From NCBI GenBank assembly GCA_038087875.1, contig JAXLNO010002938.1, positions 558,001-622,000 on the forward strand: 64,000 nucleotides of DNA. Direction: 5' to 3'. Below are positions 57,917 to 64,000 of the stretch, one piece after another (within the stretch, counting starts at the first letter, position 1; every line of letters starts with the position of its first letter). Position numbers and translations under genes: made by a program. The notes under the pieces are model-generated. The model was not told the DNA's origin. It saw only the letters and a program-made list of their open reading frames with translations, and did not search any database. Source of the DNA: Malacoraja senta (Eukaryota).

Positions 57917-58665
57917 GGGGGGGGTGTGTTAGTTGTGGGTTCGTATGTGTGGGGTGGGTGGTTGTGTGTGGGGGGGTGTGTGGGTGTGTGTACGTGTGGG
58001 ATGTGTGTGTGAGGGGGGTGGGGTGTGCGTGTGTGTGGTGTGGGAGTGTGGGGTGTGGGATGTATGTATGTGTGTGTATGTGTGGGTGTGGGTCTGCCAC
58101 AGTAGGTAGTTGAGGCCAGTTCATTGGCTATATTTAACAGGGAGTTAGATGTGGCCCTTGTGGCTAAAGGGATCAGGGGGTATGGAGAGAAGGCAGGCAC
58201 AGGATAGTGAATGGCGGTGCAGGCTCGAAGGGCCGAATGGCCTACTCCTGCATCTATTTCTANNNNNNNNNNNNNNNNNNNNNNNNNNNNNNNNNNNNNN
58301 NNNNNNNNNNNNNNNNNNNNNNNNNNNNNNNNNNNNNNNNNNNNNNNNNNNNNNNNNNNNNNNNNNNNNNNNNNNNNNNNNNNNNNNNNNNNGTGTGTGG
58401 GGTGTGTGTGGGTGTGGTGTGGGTGTGGGTGTGGGTGTATGTGTNNNNNNNNNNNNNNNNNNNNNNNNNNNNNNNNNNNNNNNNNNNNNNNNNNNNNNNN
58501 NNNNNNNNNNNNNNNNNNNNNNNNNNNNNNNNNNNNNNNNNNNNNNNNNNNNNNNNNNNNNNNNNNNNNNNNNNNNNNNNNNNNNNNNNNNNNNNNNNNN
58601 NNNNNNNNNNNNNNNNNNNNNNNNNNNNNNNNNNNNNNNNNNNNNNNNNNNNNNNGGGTGTGGGG
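57800..58665. repeat. (GT)/(GGT)-rich simple repeats with gaps and an embedded CR1 tail
   Basis: TG-rich tract 57800-58090; CR1 3' UTR ~58110-58262; N runs. Confidence 0.9.
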
Positions 58666-58714
58666 GGGAGGTCTGTGTGTCTCCCGCTGTCTCTGACTCC
58701 GCTCCCGGTTCCAG

Positions 58715-58981
58715 TCTCCCACTCGCTGCGTTATTTCGACACGGGGGGTGACCCCGGGCTGGGGGGGGGGGGTCACTGAGTTCACGGCGGTCGGATACGT
58801 GGACGAGGTGCAGATTCTTTACTATGACAGTGACAGAGGGAAGATTGAGCCGCGGCAGCGTTGGATGGCGGAGAGTCAGGCGCCGACTACTGGGAGCGGA
58901 ACACACAGATCCAGCGGAGCAACGAGCAGGATTTCAAGGTCAACATCCAGACCCTGCAGCAGCGAACCAACCAGAGCGGAG
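58715..58981 (+). pseudogene. MHC class I alpha1 exon
   Basis: Corrected reading: SHSLRYFDTGVTPGWGGGVTEFTAVGYVDEVQILYYDSDRGKIEPRQRWMAESQGADYWERNTQIQRSNEQDFKVNIQTLQQRTNQSG. Y7, Y59, R84 and the N86 glycosylation site are retained. Confidence 0.92.
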
Positions 58982-59005
58982 GTGAGAACGGGGCTGTACC
59001 ACGTA

Positions 59006-59041
<36 letters not shown>

Positions 59042-59104
59042 GTGTACTACGTGTGTGTGGAGGGGGAGGGTGCGGACAGCCCCACTGATGGCCGTGTGTT
59101 GCAG

Positions 59105-59374
59105 GTATCCACACTCTCCAGCGGATGTCCGGCTGTGAGCTGCGCTCGGAAGGCTCCACCGCAGTGTTCATGCAGTACGGCTGGGACGGAGAGGGCTTCA
59201 TCAGCTTCGACAAGGAGCAGATGGTGTGGGTGACGCCCGTCACCTGGGGGTTGTTGAACAAACACAAGTGGGACCGGAACACGGGCGGGAACCATCAGAA
59301 CAAAGCCTACCTGGAGGATGAGTGCATCGAGCTGCAGAAACATCTCTAGGCCGGACAGAGTCAACTCACCCGCG
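59105..59374 (+). pseudogene. MHC class I alpha2 exon with premature stop
   Basis: GIHTLQRMSGCELRSEGSTAVFMQYGWDGEGFISFDKEQMVWVTPVTWGLLNKHKWDRNTGGNHQNKAYLEDECIELQKHL*AGQSQLTR. Both Cys, K146, W147 and Y159 are present. Confidence 0.93.
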
Positions 59375-59399
59375 GTGAGAGGATCAGTGATGTTTATAG

Positions 59400-60706
59400 C
59401 ACACTCTCCCCCTCCCTCTCCCTCTCCACTCTCCCATTCCATCTCACCCCGTCTCTCCACCCCCTTCTATCTTCTCCCACTCTCACCCCCTCTCTCTGTC
59501 CCACCTCCTTCTCTCTCCTTCCCTCCTCCCCTACCGGCCTCCTCATCTCTCCTCCTTTCTCACTCCCTCTCTCTCCCCCTCTCTCTTCCCCCTTTTCCCG
59601 TCTCACCCTCTATCTCTGCTTTCTATATCCCCCCTCTCTCCCCCTCTCTCCCCCTCTCTCTCCCCCCTCTCTCTCCCCCCCTCTCTCTCTCCCACTCTCC
59701 CTCACCCCTCTCTCCCACTCTTTCTTCCCCTCTCCCCTCTCACTCTCCCTCACGGTCTCCTGCTATACCTCCCCCGTCTCTCCACCCTCTTCCCCCAATC
59801 TCTGCCCCTATCTCCCCCCCTCCCTATCCTCCTCTCTCTCTTTCTTTCTCCTCTCTCTCCCCCTCTCCCCCTCTCTCCCCGTCTCTCTCCCCCCCTCTCA
59901 CCCCCCTCTCTGCACCTCACACTCTCTCCACCTCTCTTTCTCTATCCTCACTTTCTCCTCCTCCTCTCCCTACGCCCCTCTCTCTCCCCCATCCCCCCTC
60001 CCCTCTCACCCTGTCTCTCCCCCTCTCTTCCCAGACTCTCCCCCCTCTCACCCTCTCTCCGCGTCTCTCTCCGCCCGCATTCTCTCCCCTATCTCCCCCT
60101 CTGTCACCCCTTTCTCTCCCCTCACCCACTCTCTCCCTTCTCTCTCTCCCTTCTCTCTCACCCCCTTCTCTCCTTCTCACCTCTCTCTCCCCCTCTCTCC
60201 CCCTTTTCTCTCCACCTCTGTCTCCCCCACTCTCTCGCTCTCTCCCCCTCTCTCTCTCTCCTCTCTCTTTCCCCTCTCTCTCTTTCCCCATCTCTCTGTC
60301 TCCTCTCCCTCTTTCCCCATCTCTTCCCTCTCCCCTCTACTACCCACCTCCAGCACTTCCTCCCCCATCTCTCCACCCTCCCTTGCCCCCCTCTCTCTCT
60401 ACTCCTTCCCTCTCTCCTCCCTCTCTTCCTCCCCTTCTCCCCCCCTCTCCTGCACGCCCCTCTCTCCCCTCTCTCGCCCCCCTCTCTCTCCTCCCAATCT
60501 CTTCCTCCCACTCTCTCCCCCAACTCCATCTCCCCCTTTCCCTCCCCCTCCCTCTCTCTCCCCCTCTCTCACCCCCTTCTCTCTCTCCCCCTCTCACCCC
60601 CCTTCTCTCTCCCCTCCACTCTCTCTCGCTCTCTCCCTCACCCATCTCCCCCGCACACCCCCTTTCTCCTCTCTCTACCTCTCCCCTCCTTCTCTTCCCC
60701 TTTCTC

Positions 60707-60773
<67 letters not shown>

Positions 60774-60881
60774 TCCCCCTCTCTCTCTACCCATCCCCAC
60801 TCCCCCTCTCACCCTGTCTCTCCCCCCATCTCTTCCCCCGTCTCTCCCCCCTCTCACACCCTCGCTTCCTATCTCTATCTC

Positions 60882-60916
<35 letters not shown>

Positions 60917-63900
60917 ATCTCCTCCTCCCTATCGCCCCCTCTGTCTCCCCTCTCTCACTTCACCCACTCCATCTCCCATCTCTCACTTTCTTCTCTCTTT
61001 CCCGCTCTTTATCGTCTCTCTCTCCCCGCTCTCTCCCCTCTCTCTCTCCCCTTTCACTACCCCTCTCTCCCTCTTTCTCCACCACAACCCCCTCCCACCC
61101 CCCATTCTGTCCCCCTCTCTCTCGCCCACTCTCCCCCACTCATCCCCCACTATCCCCCACTCTCCCCCATTCTCCGCCTCTCTCCCCCTCTCTATCCCGC
61201 TCTCTCCCCCCCATCTTCCCCCCAACTCCCCCCCTCTTTGCCCTCACTCTCAGCCTGCCTCTCTCTTCCCCTCTCTCTCCCCCTTCTCTCTCCCACTCTC
61301 CCCCCCTCTCTATCTCATTCCTCTCTGTCTCCCCCTCTCTCTCTCTCTCCCTCTCTTCTTCCTCTCTCTCCCCCCTCTCTCTCCCCCTCTCTCTCTCCCA
61401 CTATTTTACCCTCTGTCCCCTCTCTCGCTCCCCTCTCGCTCCCACTCTCGCCCCCACCCCTCTCTCCCCCTCTCGCTCCACCTCGCTCTCCCCCTCTCTC
61501 TCCCCATCTCTCTCCCCCTCTTTACCCCTCTCTCCATCTCTCTCCGCCCACTCACCCCCCCCTGGCCTCTCTGCCCCTCTCTACCCCCACTATCTCCATC
61601 TCTCTCCACCCACACCCCCTCACCCCCTCCCCCTCCCCCTCTCACCCGCTCTCCCCTGCTCCCCTCCATCCACTCTCTCCCCCTCTCTCTCTCTCTCCAT
61701 CTCTTCCTCTCCCTCTCTCTCCTCTCTCTCCCCCCCTCTCTCTCTCTCGTTCCCCTCTCCCTCCATCCCTTCTCTCTACTCCCCCTCTCTTTCACCTCTC
61801 TCACTCCCTCACTCTCTACACCTATCCCCCTCTCTCTCTCCCTCACTCTTACCGTCTCTCCCCCTCTCTCTCCCCTCCCCGTCTCAACCCCACTCTCTCT
61901 CTCCCCTCCTCTCTCTCTCCACTACTCTCTCCCCTCTCTCTCTCTCTCCCCCATTCTCTCCCCATCTCTCTCCCCATTTCTCTCCCCCTCTCTCTCCCCC
62001 TTCTCTCCCCCCCTCTCTCTCTCCTTCTCTCTCCCCCCTCTCTCACCCCCCCTGTCTCCCTCACCCCCCCTCTCCCTACCCTCCTCTCTCTACCCTCCTC
62101 TCTCCACTCCTCTCTCTCTCTACTATCTCCCAGCCCTGCACTCTCTCTCTCCCCTCTCTCCTCCCTCCCCTTGTCGCTCCCCTCTCTCTGTCCCCCCTCA
62201 CCCCCTCTACCCCGCTCTCTCCGTCTATCCCCACTGCTCCCTCTCTATGCCCCTCACTCTCAGCCTGCCTCTCTCTCCCCCTCTCTCTCCCCCTCTCTTT
62301 CCCACTCTCCCCCCCCTCTCTATCTCATTCCTCTCTCTCCCCCTCTCTCTCTCTTATTCCACTCTCTCTCTCCCTCTCTCTCTCCTCCCCTCCCCCTCTC
62401 TCACCACCCTCTCTCTCCCCCTGTCTCCCCTCCCCCTCCCCCTCCCTTTCTTTCGTCTCGCTCCCCTCTCTCCCCTCTCTCTCTTCCTTCTCTCCACCCC
62501 CACTCCCCCTCTTTGCCCCTCTCTCCCCCTATCCCCCCCTCTCTCCCCTGTCCCTCGCTCACCCTCTTCCGCCACTCTCTCTCCTCCCTCTCTCTCTCTC
62601 ACCCACTCCCTGACCCTCCCCTGTCTCTCTTCCCCCTCTCTCTCCCTCTCCCTCTCTTCTTCCTCTCTCTCCCTCACCCCTCTCTCTCCCCCCTCTCTCT
62701 CCCCCACTATTTCTCCCTCTGTCATAGATACATAGATACATAGAAAATAGGTGCAGGAGTAGGCCCTTCGGCCCTTCGAGCCTGCACCGTCATTCAATAT
62801 GATCATGGCTGATCATCCTACTCAGTATCCCGTACCGGCCTTCTCTCCATACCCCCTGATCCCGTTAGCCACAAGGGCCACATCTAACTCCCTCTTAAAT
62901 ATAGCCAATGAACTGGCCTCAACTACCCTCTGTGGCAGAGAGTTCCAGAGATGCACCACTCTCGCTCCCCCCTCTCGCTCCCACTCTCGCCCCTCCCCTC
63001 TCTCCCCCTCTCGCTCCACCTCGCTCTCCACCTCTCTCTCCCCATCTCTCTCCCCCTCTCTACCGCTCTCTCCATCTCTCTCCGCCCACTCACCCCTCCC
63101 CCTCGCCTCTCTACCCATCTCTACCCCACTCACTCCATCTCTCTCCGCCCTCACACCACTCTCCCCCTCCCCCTCCCCCTCTCACCCGCTCTCCCCCTGC
63201 TCCCCTCCCTCCACTCTCTCCCCCTCTCTCTCTATCCCATCTCTCCCTCTTCCTCTCTCTCTCCTCTCTCTCTCTCCCCCTCTCTCTCTCTCGTTCCCCT
63301 CTCCCTCCATCCCTTCTCTCTACTCCCCCTCTCTTTCACCCTCTCTCTCTCCCTCGCTCACTACCCTGCCCTGTCCCCCCTCTATCCCCCTNNNNNNNNN
63401 NNNNNNNNNNNNNNNNNNNNNNNNNNNNNNNNNNNNNNNNNNNNNNNNNNNNNNNNNNNNNNNNNNNNNNNNNNNNNNNNNNNNNNNNNNNNNNNNNNNN
63501 NNNNNNNNNNNNNNNNNNNNNNNNNNNNNNNNNNNNCCCCCTCTCCCCTCACCCGCTCTCCCCCTCGCCCCCTCTCCCCCACTCCCCCTCATCCCCTCTC
63601 CCCCTCTCCCACTTCTCTCTCGCCCTTCTTTCTCCCCCCTTATCTCAACCCCCTCTGCCCCCCCTGTCTCCCCCACTCCCCCCTCTCTCTTCTTCCCCCT
63701 GCTCTTACGCACCCTCTATTCCCCCCTCTCTCTCTCCCCACTCAGTCTCTCTCCCCTCTCCCCTCCTCTCTCTCCCCCACTCTCTCTCCCCGAATCTCTC
63801 GCCCTCTCTCTCTCCCTCACTCTTACCCTCTCTCTCCCCCTCTGTCCCCTCCCGTCTCACTCCCCCTCTCTCTCTCCCTCCTCTCTCTCTCCTCTCTCCC

Positions 63901-64000
63901 CTCTCTCTCTCCCCCGTTCTCTCCCCCATCTCTCTTCCCCCGTTTATCTCCCCCTCTCTCTCCCCCCTTCTCTCTCTCCCTCTCCCTCCTCCTCTCTCTC
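59400..64000. repeat. Very long (CT/CCT)-rich pyrimidine tract with internal block duplications
   Basis: Plus strand is almost purely C/T; pure (CT)n at ~60710-60768; a CR1 3' tail is inserted on the minus strand at ~62724-62955. Confidence 0.95.

Larger units (their letters stand above)
47481..59374 (+). pseudogene. MHC class I heavy-chain gene, probable pseudogene (leader, alpha1, alpha2; alpha3 not seen in window)
   Basis: Leader 47481-47544, alpha1 58715-58981, alpha2 59105-59374, all phase 1 with GT-AG introns. Alpha1 has +1 (~58747) and -1 (~58877) frameshifts. Alpha2 has TAG at 59347-59349. Confidence 0.88.

Noticed and set aside
59318-62743. 1141-aa Pro/Ser/Leu ORF and many overlapping Glu/Arg/Gly ORFs
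   Set aside because: Artefact of C/T-only low-complexity DNA, which cannot form stop codons; no domain content.

Overview
Vertebrate genomic DNA with assembly gaps, most likely from a cartilaginous fish (shark/skate/ray). This is inferred from the CR1 and V-SINE repeat content and the style of the TRIM and MHC class I sequences; no database search was run. The host genes are immune genes. (1) An apparently intact six-coding-exon TRIM gene on the minus strand (RING-B-box2-coiled coil-PRY/SPRY, 1416 nt CDS, 471 aa; 27979->9762). (2) Its compact tandem paralog, a pseudogene with lesions in most exons (6990->2743). (3) Head-to-head with them on the plus strand, an MHC class I heavy-chain gene (leader 47481, alpha1 58715, alpha2 59105) carrying frameshifts and an in-frame stop. 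Candidate kB, ISRE and X/Y-box motifs lie between them. The rest is a stack of nested retroelements: a structurally complete DIRS1-type tyrosine-recombinase element plus a second DIRS remnant, an internally deleted Gypsy LTR element, a full-length Rex1/Babar-like LINE, a 5'-truncated L1, an L2 fragment, many CR1 pieces, tRNA-derived SINEs, Penelope-like fragments and fold-backs with hammerhead-like cores, minisatellites and a >4.5 kb pyrimidine-only tract.
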